From Eledone cirrhosa (taxonomy: Eukaryota), in NCBI GenBank assembly GCA_964016885.1, contig OZ024743.1, positions 111,228,001 to 111,292,000 of the forward strand: 64,000 bases of DNA. The letters run 5' to 3'. Both the position numbers and the translations under genes were made by a program. This document shows positions 38,339-53,586 of the stretch, piece after piece. A model generated the notes under the pieces. That model was not told the DNA's origin, made no database searches, and worked only from the letters and a program-made list of their open reading frames with translations. Each line of letters starts with the position of its first letter. The first letter of the stretch is position 1.

Positions 38339-39418
38339 CTAGCAGTAAAGCCCGGCGTTGCTCGGGATCGCTCAGTAGCTGTGTTAAAGTTACAATGTTA
38401 AGTTTCTTTTTTGGCTTAAAAACTGTAGTGTCTACTGTGCAGACTTGCATGTGGTGTTTTTGATTAATATTCCCTCAACCAACAATATGCCTTATGAAGT
38501 TAAGAAAACATAACGATAACCCGAATGTTATAACAAAAGAGGATGCTGGGGATAAAAACTGCACTGGTTATTTATTAACAAAGATCGAAAATGTAAACAC
38601 TGCAACGCAGAGAAAAACATTAGCGTAACCAAATTATCAGTTATGTCTGTCTGCACGCCTATATCACCTCTCTGCACGACTGTCTGTCTGCACGCCTATA
38701 TCACCTCTCTGCACGACTGTCTGTCTGCACGCGTATATCACCTCTCTGCACGACTGTCTGTCTGCACGCGTATATCACCTCTCTGCACGACTATCTGTCT
38801 GCATGACTGTCTGTCTGCACGCCTAACGAAATTTACAGATACAGCCCGGCGTTGCTCGGGGTCGCTCAGTAGCTGTGTTAAAGTTACAATGTTAAGTTTC
38901 TTTTTTGGCTTAAAGTCTGTCTGCACGCCTAACGAAATTTACAGATACATATATTTTAAATAAACTTATATAATTTTTGCTTTTTTTTACGAAATATTTG
39001 CTTGTTTTACGTAGTCTTTAAATAGACTTGTTTTCAAGTAAAAATATTGTTTTAAAAGGCTTTTAAATGGAAATGAAGCAAAACGGAAGCTTAGTGTTCG
39101 AACTGATGAATTTTGCAGTGTGTTAATGTCATTTTAAACGCTGAGAAATCCAGCGTAATTTTTTTAATTTTTGCACGCAGACGCTCAATGTAAACAGAAC
39201 AAAGGGAAATAACTGATCACTTACGCTCAAAAATCGATACATTATATTCGATTTCGTCAGATAGGGCGGGTCAATTTGAAATATTTTTTTCCGATGTCTT
39301 CGCTAGGGCTCAATGTACAAGTATAGCAATTTCGGTGCAATTCCGTGAGAGATTCTAAGAGGAGATGTGTGCCAAAAATCGATAGACAGACAGACAACAA
39401 CAGTTTTATATATATAGA
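38339..39418 (-). mobile_element. Non-autonomous Helitron nested in the transposase
   Basis: Minus strand runs 5'-TCTATATATATAAAA..CCCGAGCAACGCCGGG (hairpin) CTTTACTG CTAG-3'; inserted at A|T without TSD; removal restores FPGLIHDKIK. Confidence 0.85.
38645..38825 (+). repeat. 37-bp minisatellite (~4.5 units) inside the Helitron
   Basis: Unit TGTCTGTCTGCACGC(C/G)TATATCACCTCTCTGCACGAC. Confidence 0.9.
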
Positions 39419-41616
39419 TTAGGCCAGGAAATGAATTTGAAACAGTCATCCTCCACATTAAGAGCTTTGACAAACTGCTTTATTAGTCCTAGTTAATTTT
39501 AATTTCAATGGGTGGAAAGATGATTTTCTACTCTCCAACAATCAATCCGTTTTTTAACTCGCCAGCCCGTCTGTTCCCAGTGTTTGTCTTTCGCGCGACT
39601 AGTCACCAACAAAGGAAGCATGGATATTTTGGATACCCACCTTGTTGGTCAAGTAAAATGCTGGCCACTTTCAGATCCACACATATGTCCCATTTGTGTT
39701 TATCATACATGCATAAATCTAATTCATTTTTTATGTTTGCATGCTTCTCGTTTAAGTGCACAGAATGACTTATAGGAATTACAGCTAACCAGTTTCCATT
39801 ATGGAATAATACACATTTTAAACCCTTCTTATAACTATCTATAAAGAGTCTCTATTCATGAGGATCATATTGTAGAGCAGCCATCACGCCCTACCGCGTC
39901 ACAACAGTAAACAAAATGTTTTTCAGTTTTAAACAATGCCAAAGATCTTTTTTCCTGATATGATGAAAAGTTACATTTTTTTTTCTGCTGCAAATTCTTT
40001 TCTTTAAGTCTAGAAGGTAACAGTTTTGATAAATCTTTTGACGGGCTTCAGTCTCTAACTAAATCATTCAGTTCTGCCTGGTTGAGATTTCCATGTTCCT
40101 TGATTGCTGTATCTTCAAAGTCTGCATCACTGCCTGTTCCTGTTTTTTCATCTGATACACATATATCACTTTCATCTTCTAGTGAAAGTAATTCTATGTA
40201 AATGGGTACTGGTACGTCAACAGTGAGAAGAACGGGATGAATTACTGAATCCAGATTAGAGTAACTGATTTTCTGCCGAGTTTTTCTTGCTATAATCATA
40301 CGTTCTTTGTGTGACAAAAGTAGCAAGCGTCTACAACGATTTTTGAATGCCAAATGTTAGTTGTTTCCTTGTGCACTTTGTCCACTGGCGTACATTTTCG
40401 ACACATGGTTTACATACATTTTGCAGTGCCCACGATTTATCCTCATTGCCAAGTTTCAGCTTAATGTAATCCAACTATGCTCTTTTCACACATTCACTAA
40501 TGTTCATTCTATGACTTGGCATTGTAAAACGACGGCATATAGAGCAAAACGTGTCAGGTGAATGCAAACATTTTCTTCGTAATGACGCCACGCTATTGAA
40601 CACTTGTGTTATTTCTTAAAATCAATCCCAAAAGATGGAAAATGATTATGTGATATGATATGTTTATATATCTAGGTGTATCTAGATAGATAAACATATG
40701 TCTAAATACATAGATAAAATAAAATATCAACATAAATTATTACCTACGATATCTCTTGACGTGATCGTAAAAAAAAACTATTGTCATTTGTAAACTCAGC
40801 GGCTCCAAATTACTCAAGAATATGTCTCGAACCTAGGTCAGCAGAAAAAAAGCAAAAATTTGTTGACCAGTATTATTCATTGTATATAAACGATTTTTTG
40901 CTAGAATGAGAGCTGTATAAATGCCTGATACTGAATTAGTAGATTAAGGCGCGCCAGATCTAACAAAAAATCACTTCCCCTCTTAGCATGGAAGCATACA
41001 CGTCAAGTTCAAATATATTTATGGACGTTGCAAAAATGAAACGCAGAACTGAACTCGGGGGAATTTTAACATTTAATGACACGTAAATAAATACCTTGAA
41101 GTATTTTGTCTTACGCTGTTGCAAATACAATATGTTTAATACTACAATATATTTAATACAATTAAAATCATGTATTGCACATATTTGATATTCAAGTATA
41201 ATACGTAATTACTTATAGGTCATTTATTGTCATATATCCAGCATCAACTATATAGATATAATTGTAAGTGTAAATTGTAAGTGAATTGGAAATTGAATGA
41301 CTAAATATTATAAATAAATTACAGGATAATCTAACTTATCTCAGTCCCTAAGTATATTTTAAACATAAGAGCATTACTTTTTATTTTGGATCCTACTGCA
41401 CAGTGATTTAAAATGTCTTTCATTAGCATGTTTAATTAAGCTGTGTAAAGCAGTACGAGATGATCTCTTCATTTTAGTTCCTTTTCATTCTGAGTTCCTG
41501 CCCTCATTAATTTTACATATTATTTAATTCTACTGTTTCCGAGAAATATATTAGCATAAATGTTTTATTTTAGTATATTCAATCAAGTATTTTCTACTGA
41601 ATTTCAGAATCTGATT

Positions 41617-41801
41617 ATAATTGTTTCTACAAGGTCAGCAATTAATCCAGTGTATTACTGGTACTTTTTTTTATCGACCCCGTAAGGATCAAAGATAAAG
41701 TTAGCCACGGCGGGATTTGAACTCAGACCACAAAGGGCCGTAACTCTTTGCTGCAAAGCATGGCATCCGACCCTCTACCAATACTGCCAATCCACCGCCC
41801 T
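41617..41801 (-). mobile_element. tRNA-derived SINE
   Basis: Reverse complement of the family consensus. Confidence 0.9.
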
Positions 41802-43195
41802 TTGAAATTATTATAATAATCAACAATGTGCCTATAGTCCTCTAACGTAAGGCAAATGCCTTGTTGTGCGGCCCTTTCCTTACAAAGAGCTACATTGCTA
41901 TTTATCCCTCCATGATCGATAAAATGAAGTAGCAGTCACATATTGGGATCAATACAGGATATACATTAGATATAAATTGAATTACCATAAATGCGTTATT
42001 TACGTCGCCCTAAAATTATTATTGTTAACAAAATGGCGCCAATCTCCTCACAAAATTAAACATTGCATCAATTCATTTCATTTCCTAATTATAGAGAGCA
42101 CAATATGACGTGATTGAAGAACGTTGTGTGCCTGCTGAACTTACTGCTTATATTAATGGGATAATCTATTTTGAATCCAATAAATTGAAGAACAAAGATT
42201 GATCCTTATAATTTCATTTCTTTCATTTCCATCTATATTGTTATTATTTTGTTTGTTGTTGCGTTGCTGTTACACTTGCTGTTAAATTTGCTGCTGCTGT
42301 TGTTCATGTTATTGTTGTATCGCCAACGGTCTTTGCTATGTATGGCGTGATGTGCTTCCATAAAGGTAATTCATTTGCTTAATTGTTAAAGAGTGAATGA
42401 AAAATCGACATTTCAAAGTCATAGCAATTTTATATCATTGTTATAAATGATAGTTATTAACAATCTATATTTTTAGTTCCTCTATATTTTAATGCTGATA
42501 TCATCCATACGGCACAGTCACAGCTGAATGCTTCAGGCCATACAGCTAGTAAGGAACAGAAAAAAAGCATTATACTGCAAAAACATATAAACATCTACTA
42601 AAACAATGTGATTCTATAAGAATGATACTAAAGAGGGCATGATTATACTGGATCACAACCAATAATTGAATCGACTATTTCGTTTTTAATTAAAACCTCC
42701 CACTAACATAAATTAAATGAAAATCCCAATCCTAACCTCTTTCCACATTTGTTTTCTAAGCTGTTTCTCGTTCTCCTCAACTATTCAAGACTTCACTTTC
42801 TATTTTGTGTTCATTTTTACTTCTGAAGATTTTGCTATAAATTCCCACATAGAAAACGTAGTTTGGGTAAGAATATAAAGGAAGACCTTGTAGCATATAG
42901 TTAGATTTATAAATTTATGTTCTCAGTAGATCAAGTCATGTTACTTTTTTGTTTTGTTTTGTTTCCCTCCTGTCAAAATCGATAATGATTCTGTTATTTT
43001 GGTTTGCCTGCAAATTATCGATATTAAAAAATCATGAAAAATACAGCCAGAACAATGTGATTGTTTCTCGTTTTCGTTTTCCAGTTCTTCTAACAGCTTC
43101 ACGTAGCTCTTTCAAACCACTATAAATACAAAAGTATCTGTTGTGTTGCCGCATTTTCTTCTTTTGTTCTGTTCTTTTCTTTTTTAGGTATTTAA

Positions 43196-43298
<103 letters not shown>

Positions 43299-45638
43299 TG
43301 GGACATCAACCGTTCTGGTTTTGAGTTCAAGACCTTGAATAAGGATTTCATTTTCTACCGTGCAATATAAAGCCACAACATGCACTATTGTAGATGATTA
43401 ATAATTGGAAAAAGAATGAAGGAAGACAGGAAAGAGGAAATAAAGGAGATAAGAAGGAATGAAGTTGGAAAGACAAAAGAAGGGGGAAAAGAAGTGAGAA
43501 ACAAAGAAAGAGGTAAATAGTGTAGTAAAATGTATAAAATCCGGTGAAGTAGAGAATAATTTAGGGAAAGGGATGAAGCAGAGACAGAAGAGTTTGAGCC
43601 TGGAAATATGTTTGACATCAGTTTTATATCTGTTTGTACTTATGTCAGCCGTTATGTCGTTCATGTAGGTTGAATATGTTTTCTTGTAATACTTGGGAAT
43701 GTTGTAACACGGTGTGTGTGATTTATTGGACAGTTAGTCTCTCAGCAAAGGTACCTTAAAAGACACACATATTGGTCTCAGAAACAACAAAAGACCGTCG
43801 GTTCTGCATTGTCAACAAAGGACCCTACGGTAACTACTTTGTCAACAAAAGACCATACAGTAACTACTTGGAAAAAGATAAAATAAACACAATGGAAAGG
43901 TAGCCCTGTACCTCATTTGACCATATATTTTCTCACTCAGGGCTGATAGGGATAAAAACGAAAACACGATAGCATTATACTATTTACAAACAGCATGGGA
44001 TTATACATTCCAGTGTTATATAAGAAAATCATGTATACATTCTCCTCTTTGGGGGGCATGATATGCATTTAATTGTGATCAGTACCTAAATGCGTTTAAT
44101 CTAGGTTTAAAACATTATCTCTATAGCCCACTCTCCTCAACATTCAATACTAACGGGCTCTACATCTTATGTGGATTTTCTATCCTGCAGTTTCAAAGCG
44201 AAATCTTTGCAGGCTTAATTATGGACATCTAACCTTTTTTTATTGTCCTGTTTGGAATTAAATAATGCACTTCTAAATTTGACACGCTTTCGTGTGCTGC
44301 CTACAAAATGAACCCGAAACAAGCGCTGAATACCTTAAACTGTTCTATATGTAGCGGAGTTGCGACGGAAGCAAATTAATATACATATTAGACTATTCAA
44401 CGAACTCATTAAACTTCAAACCATTGTTCTCTAAATAGTCTGGGATTTGTGTTGATATAAGAAATTTCTAAATTATATGTTTAAATCTCATATAAATGAT
44501 TTACTGTCGTTGCTACTCAGAATGTATAATTTAAATATCTTGGGTAGGCATAAAGCTGCATATTTGAATATGAAGGATTTAGCATATAAGATCCATTAAA
44601 TATAATTAAGTGTATCGTCGCAGAAAGGATGGATGACTAGGCGAACCCACTGGGAATTCAAATTACCATAGCAAACCGTCAGTATGTTATGCGAATTTCT
44701 CTCTTAACTCAAAGCTCAATGTAATGTAAAATATAAATTAAGAATATATGTTCGTAATATATTCAGGATATACGTTCATATGCCCATAGTTAGTAATGTA
44801 GAATATATATGTAATCATCATTATATCTTATTCAAAATAAGATGAAACACAGCACCAACAGTAAGTCATTAGTTTTAGAATAATGTGTTGACTGCATTCA
44901 TACATTTAACATTTTCAGTTAAATATTCGTATCATTATATCTGATTATGTGTCACTTATATACTGATATATGTTCGAATATATATATTTATATGTTAAAG
45001 ATAAATGTATGCTCGAGGCAAGAGAAACCAGGTGGAAATCGTCAGTTTGAAATAAGCAGCTTCACTAACTAACATGGCTCTATAGATTGTTTGTGCTATA
45101 ACATCTCGAATAACACGATATTACCAAGACATCTCTATTGTATGTATATTCATTTGAGTAAATTATTAGCTCTTTTGTTGTACAATCACTTAAGTAATAC
45201 ATTTGCTGATTAGGTTGCAGGCATATAGCCGAGGTTGTAGAAGAAAACTTTAGTTTTACTCAAGTTATACTACCGTCGATAATGTATTAACATATATGTG
45301 CAAAACAGCTTTGTAGCCAGAGAATGTTTGCCAAGAATTTGATAATGTAAACCCAAACACCTCTACGTCAAGAGTGCATGTCCATTAATTATCTAACTAC
45401 TTCTGAACGTTAGTCTAATTAGGGAAATGTCAGTCGCATATTTTTTGCCGGATATTATTCATATGTCATACGTTTATGATACTGCAGTAATGACTTCATG
45501 AAATAGCACTTCTTTCTTTGCACATATATTGTATCACGGGGGCATTTGTTCTTTTGAGTACTGACTTTATTAATTATGTCAACAGTATATTTTAAACACT
45601 GTGCATTAAAGCTCGGTTGAAATACACACACACACACA

Positions 45639-45697
<59 letters not shown>

Positions 45698-47361
45698 TGT
45701 AATATATATATATAAATACAATATATAGAGGGGAATGACACAGAAGAGTATGTTTTTCTTTACAGAAACTTCAAACCACCACCGTGAAGAGAATATAAGC
45801 TACTAGATGCATTGGTAAAACATTAAAATTAAAAGTAGAAATTGAAATGAGAAACCATCCTCACCTAAATCACACATGTACACACTCACCAGGAGCCTGT
45901 TTCGCCTTATTAGTGGCTTCCAATACGGCCCGGTGGGTCATCAGCATATGGAAGGCCGATATTGTCCGCACTACTAGAGGGAGCTAAAGTAAGCCACCAT
46001 TCGCACGTGTATACATAAGCGAAATGCTTGCGCGGTGGTGTAACCGGTGGCATGAACAGAACAAGCTGCTAGAAATGGCAGCCTATACTATTCACTTTGT
46101 GGTGCTCAACAGCAGAGAGAGGGCAAGGGGCAAATATCAGATAAAATAACGGAGCAAAGACTCGCGTATAATCGTTTACAAACGCATAGACCTTGCTTTC
46201 TAAAATGTTAATAACATGTTCAACCTTTATGTTTCTCTATTACGTACAAATCTTCTAACATTTTAGTTCCTAAATTATGAATTGATTTTGAATAATTCAA
46301 GCATACCTGTTTCTTCATTTTGCTTTTACATATAATTGAAAGATTTATTATATTTCATCAAAGCATATTTTTTACCAGGGATCATTTACGTAATAGCACG
46401 ATTCATTAAAAATAGCAGCCAAATCTACATAACATCAGGACATACGCATGGAAACAAATAGAAGGGAATGTAAATAAAATGATATACCTAAACATATATA
46501 GATTCATTAGTTAATGTAGCCTATGCTGTTAATTTATACGTGGGAATATACGATATAGGCAGCAAAAGGGAAGAAACATTAGAAAGTATGAAACGACTTA
46601 CAGTATTCGTTTCATTTCACTGAGCTGTGAGTTCAAATCAAGCTGAGGCCAACATTGCCTTTCATCCGTTCGTGATCGATAAAAATAACCAGTCCAGTAT
46701 TGTAGTCTATTTTTCCTTTATATCTATTTCTTAATTTATTTCGATAATTTAATCTCTCGCATTTCCTCTGGAGTAAATAGGCTTTGTTACTTGAGTGCAA
46801 ATGGGCACCGTCATGTTTTTCTGAAACAGCTAAAAGATGCCGTATGTCATTAAGGCGCTACGAATCCACCAGAGGTTACGGGTCCATGTGTATACATACT
46901 AAAAATCATAGAATGAGAGAAGATACTAAGTATTGGATTACAGGTCAGAAGTGGATCAAGGAAGTTTGAGTGTAAAGACATGTTTATATTAAATTAAAAG
47001 GTGAACACATGAAAACAGTTGCCTGGCTAACATTTAGAGGTATATAATAACACTATGTATATGCAGCGTGGGGATGAAGAAAAGAGCAGAACGTATTTCC
47101 TTTTGTAAGAATATAGTACTGAAAGAAGAGAAAAGACGTATGTAGTCAAGATCCGACTCGAAATAATTGAATTATAGATGCTATCGAAATTTGGAAACGC
47201 TAATAGTCACTTCAGACAATTGGGAGTTGAATAAGTCTGTTCCATCTAAGAAGAAATTCAGCTTTAGAAATAAGTTGACCATGAACGGCCGCAAAGCAAA
47301 GAACTGATTCATTGCAATTGTGAATACACGCACCAGCTTCAACACCCACACACACGCATAG

Positions 47362-47449
<88 letters not shown>

Positions 47450-47543
47450 ACACATACACACACACACACATTCTCTCTCTTTCTCTCCCTCACACACACA
47501 CACCCGTAGACAAACTTAAACACACACAAGAATTTAATTAAAC

Positions 47544-47580
<37 letters not shown>

Positions 47581-47597
47581 ATGTATGTATGTATTTA

Positions 47598-48133
47598 TGT
47601 CGAGTCACTCTTGAGTGCTACTGGTAACATGTAACCCAGACAACCTGTCGCATGGTTGGGTTGTCGGCGACTAAACGGGCAACCCTACCATGTTTACTCG
47701 GTGAGGAGGGTGATTTTGGACACCCTGCAGGACAAAAAACAACACCTGACAAAGGGCGGAAGAACTCATAAGAGTCAACGGCCATCCGAAAGTGTGTAAA
47801 TATGTATATACACATGTACCGCATGGTTAAACCACTGGGAGTGAAGAACCCCTAGCCCTTGTCAGGGCATTCTTCTAGGAGAAGGCAACTCAGGAAACTG
47901 GGATAACGCCGTTATAAAACCTGCGACTCAGTAGTTAACGATGGTGTTGATCGTTTCTTCTTTTCATGTTATAACTACTGTCGCTCAGAGAGTGGGATTG
48001 GCTCAGTGCACAGTCTTTCCTCACTTTAAAAAATATCTTCACGCACAGGCATTGTACGATATAATTAATTAATAATTATTAATAAAGGTATATCGTGCTA
48101 TGACCATACTCGATAAAGAGGGGGCAGCCATCA
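47598..48133 (+). mobile_element. Full copy of ~530-bp repeat family X (non-autonomous, unclassified)
   Basis: At least 4 copies in the window on both strands; no ORF or TIR; ends ..GGGCAGCCATCAT next to TA-rich repeats. Confidence 0.85.
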
Positions 48134-49285
48134 TGCATATATGTATATATGAAAATGTAAAGAGCATTTAATTTCATATGAAATATTATGTGCATCCTCA
48201 TTCCACATGGTATGTCCTGGAAATTTAAAAACTGGTCGAGCTCATACCTCACCAGGTTGGATCGCACCGATTTATTCCAAATAAATTAAGCAGGAAATAG
48301 GGAGGAGGAAATAACTCCATTACATAACTTGTACTTTAGTGATTTATATCGAACGGGTGAAATTTGAACTGCAAATCGACGGACTTTGAATTCACCGAGC
48401 ATTGAGCCGGAACAAATACTGATGAATTTTAATTGTAAAGCTATAACAACACTGTCAATTCGTGCTCTTTGTAAGGCCAAGTGCCAATGCAGTTCGAAAG
48501 TAATATCGTTATGATGCCAGTTGAACTGTATCAATCGTTCGGATGAACATTCAAATTCGAGTTATACTGGAAATCCACTAGTGAAACATTGCATGGCTCT
48601 AATAAAGAAATATTTAGCAATATTACATGACTTCTCTGAAGAACACTTACTGATGCAAATTCTAGGTACCGAAAGCGGCACAGAATGTTCAGGCGCTTCG
48701 GATTTATGTTGTAATCAGATACCATTACACACACGTAGCCATCTATTTGCTAATTAACGAATGGCTTGTACTCTGACATATAAGTTGGCACCTTTTTAAT
48801 ATACAGCTTTTATTAAAGTATTGAGTGGATGAATAGTGGCTGGGACTGTAAGGATTCTCCACGATTACTTTCGATAAGCAATATATATATATATATATAT
48901 ATGTTTGAGAATGAGCGAACAAAACACAGGAGGCAAGTGTAACTAAGGTATATTTGGTTCCATATATATATATATATATAATTAAACATTACACAGAAAA
49001 AAATGGAAGCATAGGACAAATTTCACCTAGAAAATATATTAGTTTAACACTTGAAATGGATACTTAAAGATTGAAAATAGGAAAGAACTGGAAAAGCTAT
49101 TGAGAAACAAATGCACACGTATATATGTAGTCAGTATGTAGTAGACGGCCGATAGAAAATAGTACTCAGTACCGAAGTAAAGTTTAAATATTTATTTGAT
49201 TACGGACAATTATTGAGTGACTCTGTTACGCTGACGATTCACCTGTGTCTTGCCTGATGAGCCTATCAGAAAAAGTGAAATACCA

Positions 49286-49674
49286 GTGTGGATTGGCAGT
49301 ATCGGTAAGGGTCGGACGCCATGCTTTGAAGCATAGAGTTACCTCCCTTTATGATCCGAGTTCAAATCCCGCCGAGGTTAACTTTGCCTTTCATCCTTAC
49401 GGGGTCGATAAAATAAAGTACCAGTAATGCACTGGAATAATTGCTGGCCTTGTGCCAAAAGTAGAAACAATTATTTAACCACTGCGGTGGATTGGCAGTG
49501 TCGGTAGAGGGTCGGACGCCATGCTTTGCAGCAAAGAGTTACGGCCCCTTATGGTCTGAGTTCAAATCCCACCGAGGTTAACTTTGCCTTTCGTCCTTAC
49601 TGGGTCGATAAAATAAAGTACCAGTAATGTACTGGGATAATTGCTGGCCTTGTGCCAAAAGTAGAAATAATTAT
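49286..49674 (+). mobile_element. Two head-to-tail tRNA-derived SINEs (49286-49474, 49484-49674)
   Basis: Two near-consensus ~190-bp copies, each followed by TTATTTAACC. Confidence 0.92.
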
Positions 49675-49689
49675 TTAACCGCATTAAAA

Positions 49690-49765
<76 letters not shown>

Positions 49766-50696
49766 CGTGCGTGTGTGCATATACATATCCACGCGCACAC
49801 ACATATATATATATATATACATGTATATACATGTTGAAACTTACTCGGAAAGTCATGAATCCTATCCTACATGTATATATTTACGCACACGCTTCGACTC
49901 ACAATCAAGAACACACATAATGCAAATATTTTTTCCACTGCAAACATGTTAGATCTGCAATCATGCTCATAACATTGCAGTTTGATAAGGTGAAGTTACG
50001 TTGCATTTGTTGTGGGTAGAAAGCTGCAGTACATACGTATATCGCATATGTAAGCGTCTAGTAACGTTGGATTTCATTTATATTATAAACCTTTCCTTGT
50101 TGCACATGTTTCTAATATTTGTAACATTTACCCTTGTTACTTTAAAGAAGAAATAACAACAGTTGAATATATATATTTATATTTTAATATCATCATGATT
50201 TCTTACTCGATTTCTCTATTATGTAACTGACAATAACTAATATTTTTAGACCCACCCTCCCCCGATAAAAAAGTAATGAAACAATATTAAAAAGAAAGTT
50301 TTTTTCTTTCGTTCCTATTTTCCTCTATATAATGCTACAGCTTTTTTTATTCATTACATTTTCCCATATCATATTGAACATCTGCGTAAGATTTTTTGCG
50401 TCTATGTTATGAACCTACTCTTATATTAATATTTCGATCTAAATTTTAAATTGGTTTTCTTATGTTGTTTTCAAAGATATTTTCGAATAAGACATTGCCT
50501 TAAGATAGAAATCGGCTTCTTTAAAAGCTAGTCAGTTTTCTGACGCTACCTTCAATATAGACATATATTATAACATCTAAAGCAAATATATAAAATAAAG
50601 AAGAAAACTACCAAAGAGTGAATATCGTTATTAACTTTTAAACAATACAATCCATGTCATATGCATACAAAAACACAGAAACACACTCATATGTAA

Positions 50697-50734
<38 letters not shown>

Positions 50735-50848
50735 ACATAATTCATAATTATGCTCACATGTTTGTACATGTATGTTCATGTATGTGTGTGTGTATATATA
50801 TATGTACATATACATGTCTACATATATATATATATTCATATACATGTA

Positions 50849-50894
<46 letters not shown>

Positions 50895-50934
50895 CATATA
50901 CATGTCTACATATATATGTATTCATATACATGTA

Positions 50935-51012
<78 letters not shown>

Positions 51013-51344
51013 GATTTATAGAAAAAATATAAATTTCAGCAGCAGAAAATAATAATAACTAACTGATAAATGGGTATTACTGAAATTGTCAAACTAAAAT
51101 TTGTCAAGCATGGATGAGATGATGAAGGGCAATGATACAGAATGAATGATTATTATCTTGATATAACGGCTGGTGTGAAGCTGTCCCTCTTATAATCCGA
51201 AGAAAACGAGAGTGTATGAATACCTTATACCTATCGGGTAGAGGTGAATCAACAAAGGAAACTCTGCTGATAGATATATCAGAAAATTACAAGCTTAAAA
51301 TGTATAAAAGTGAGTGCTGCCTGACTAAATCGTCTGCAAATAGT

Positions 51345-51655
<311 letters not shown>

Positions 51656-52062
51656 CTATATATATATTGGAAAAATGTGTGAAATCCTTGGAACAGTTAA
51701 GTATATTTGAAAAAAGGAAAGGAATGACTTCACTTGTAGTTCTAAACAATTTGATTTAATTTCATAATACTATAATATTATGAGTTGGTAGATCTATTAA
51801 GTTCTTTGTTAAATTTGGTGGGAAGATTTTTTAAAGATTCCTGGTTAACTTTCCTGGAGAACTTTTTCGCATTCGTCGGTGGCGATTGTCAAACTGAGAT
51901 CAGGTTGTGTTCTATATATGAGAGATTTGGATGTGTCTGAGGGGTGGGGGTGGGGGGGGGTGTTAATGAGTGTGGGAGTGAATAAATGACCTTTGATGAA
52001 TATAATGGCAGGATGTTTCTCCAATTCGTTTTTTATAGCTGAATCAACACACTTAAATGTAT

Positions 52063-52111
<49 letters not shown>

Positions 52112-52236
52112 AATGACTTCTACACGTCTAGAACTGTTTATTCGAAGGAAAAATGTTGTTCCTACACTCTACTCATGTATTGAGGACCTTACGTACTGTG
52201 TTTAGCCTCGATTGATTCCAAGACCTTTCCATACAT

Positions 52237-52305
<69 letters not shown>

Positions 52306-53358
52306 GGTGTGTGTGTGTGGGGTATATATATATATATATATATATATAAAATCACAAAAGCTAAAATACTACAGCATTTCTTTGAGTGCGTGTGTGTGTT
52401 CTTTTGTGCGCGTACGAATGTTTTTTTTAATCGTGTCATTCTATATGATTCTGTATCTGATAGACATAAATTAAGATCTGAAAATTAATATCAACAAAAA
52501 TAGATTTAATCTATTTCTATGTTTTTATTAATATTTTTTCTTCACATTTAAGACAATTTTCCAGAAATCCGATAACATATTTGTATCCTTAGCGGATCAG
52601 CGTGCCGAAAGAACGTAGTAAATTCGCTATAAAGCAAATATGTTAATACTGCTCCACTTAGCCGTAGAAAATGTTATATTGAGTCTTCTGAAAATATTAA
52701 TAATTCTAAACAGAAACAGTGATAATGTTTCGGAAAATCTCTTTCACTAATCTTCAACCAGCGGATTAGACGCTATTCAGAAATATGATGAAATAATTTG
52801 CGAAGAGGGAATTATATTTTCTTTTCATTATATTTATCTTCTTGTTTGTCGATTTTCATTAAAATGATATATGGTTAACTCACACATACACAATTGTATA
52901 TAAATATATATCGTATGTTGCTTGTAGCATGAATACATACACAAGCACACGATTTCCTTCCAAACTCTTTGCATTTATATGAATATACATGCGTGTGTAT
53001 ATGTGAATTCATCTATGAATGTATGCGTATATTTCGGTAAGTTTATACATATGCATATATGTATTATATGCCTACTAGCGCAAAGCTTAGATGTTTACGT
53101 ATCTCAGAATATCTTTCCTGATGATGAAGCGATAATACTGTGACGACGCATACACTCACACACATATGTATGCTACTAAGTATTATGTCAATGGTTGCAG
53201 AGACACAGATATATATTTCGGAAGCTCTATAAACTTTAAAAAATGTATACAAAATCTCGAAGACTTTTTCTTCATTTCTTCTATCTACGACATAAACATC
53301 TAATATTGTTGCTTCTATGTTTGTGGTATGCCATACTTATTAATATATTTCAATCAAG

Positions 53359-53586
53359 GTCGGTGGATTGGCAGTATTGATAGAGGGCCAAATGCCATCC
53401 TTTGCATCATATAGTTACGCCCCTTTGCGGTCTTAGTTCAAGTTCCGCCGAGGTTTATTTTGCCTTTCATCCTTACGGGGTCGATAAACAAAGCACCAGT
53501 AATGCACTGGATTGATTGAATCGACTTTCCCATTCTCCCAAAATTGCTGGCTTTGTGACTAATTATTATATTTTGTAAACAATTAT
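53359..53586 (+). mobile_element. tRNA-derived SINE with 15-bp TSD
   Basis: TSD TATATTTCAATCAAG at 53344-58 and 53587-601. Confidence 0.88.

Larger units (their letters stand above)
37586..40872 (-). mobile_element. Decayed Chapaev3-like (CMC superfamily) DNA transposon
   Basis: TIR TACTGGTCAAC/GTTGACCAGTA with TTA on both flanks; minus-strand remnants ASLRRKCLHSPDTFCSIC, LNQAELNDLVRD, FPGLIHDKIKADVFDGTQIR, SHLDEFPANLGDASDEHGEHFRQDI; family assignment is from recalled motifs. Confidence 0.7.

Noticed and set aside
38645-38825. CRISPR-like 37-bp repeats
   Set aside because: No unique spacers; a eukaryotic minisatellite within a Helitron
43790-43870. ~30-bp tandem (GTCAACAAA.GACC.TAC.GTAACTACTT)
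   Set aside because: About 2.5 degenerate units with no further structure
49254-49285. CTGATGAGC..GTGAAA hammerhead-like string
   Set aside because: Stem II has only 2 bp; no stem I/III or NUH site
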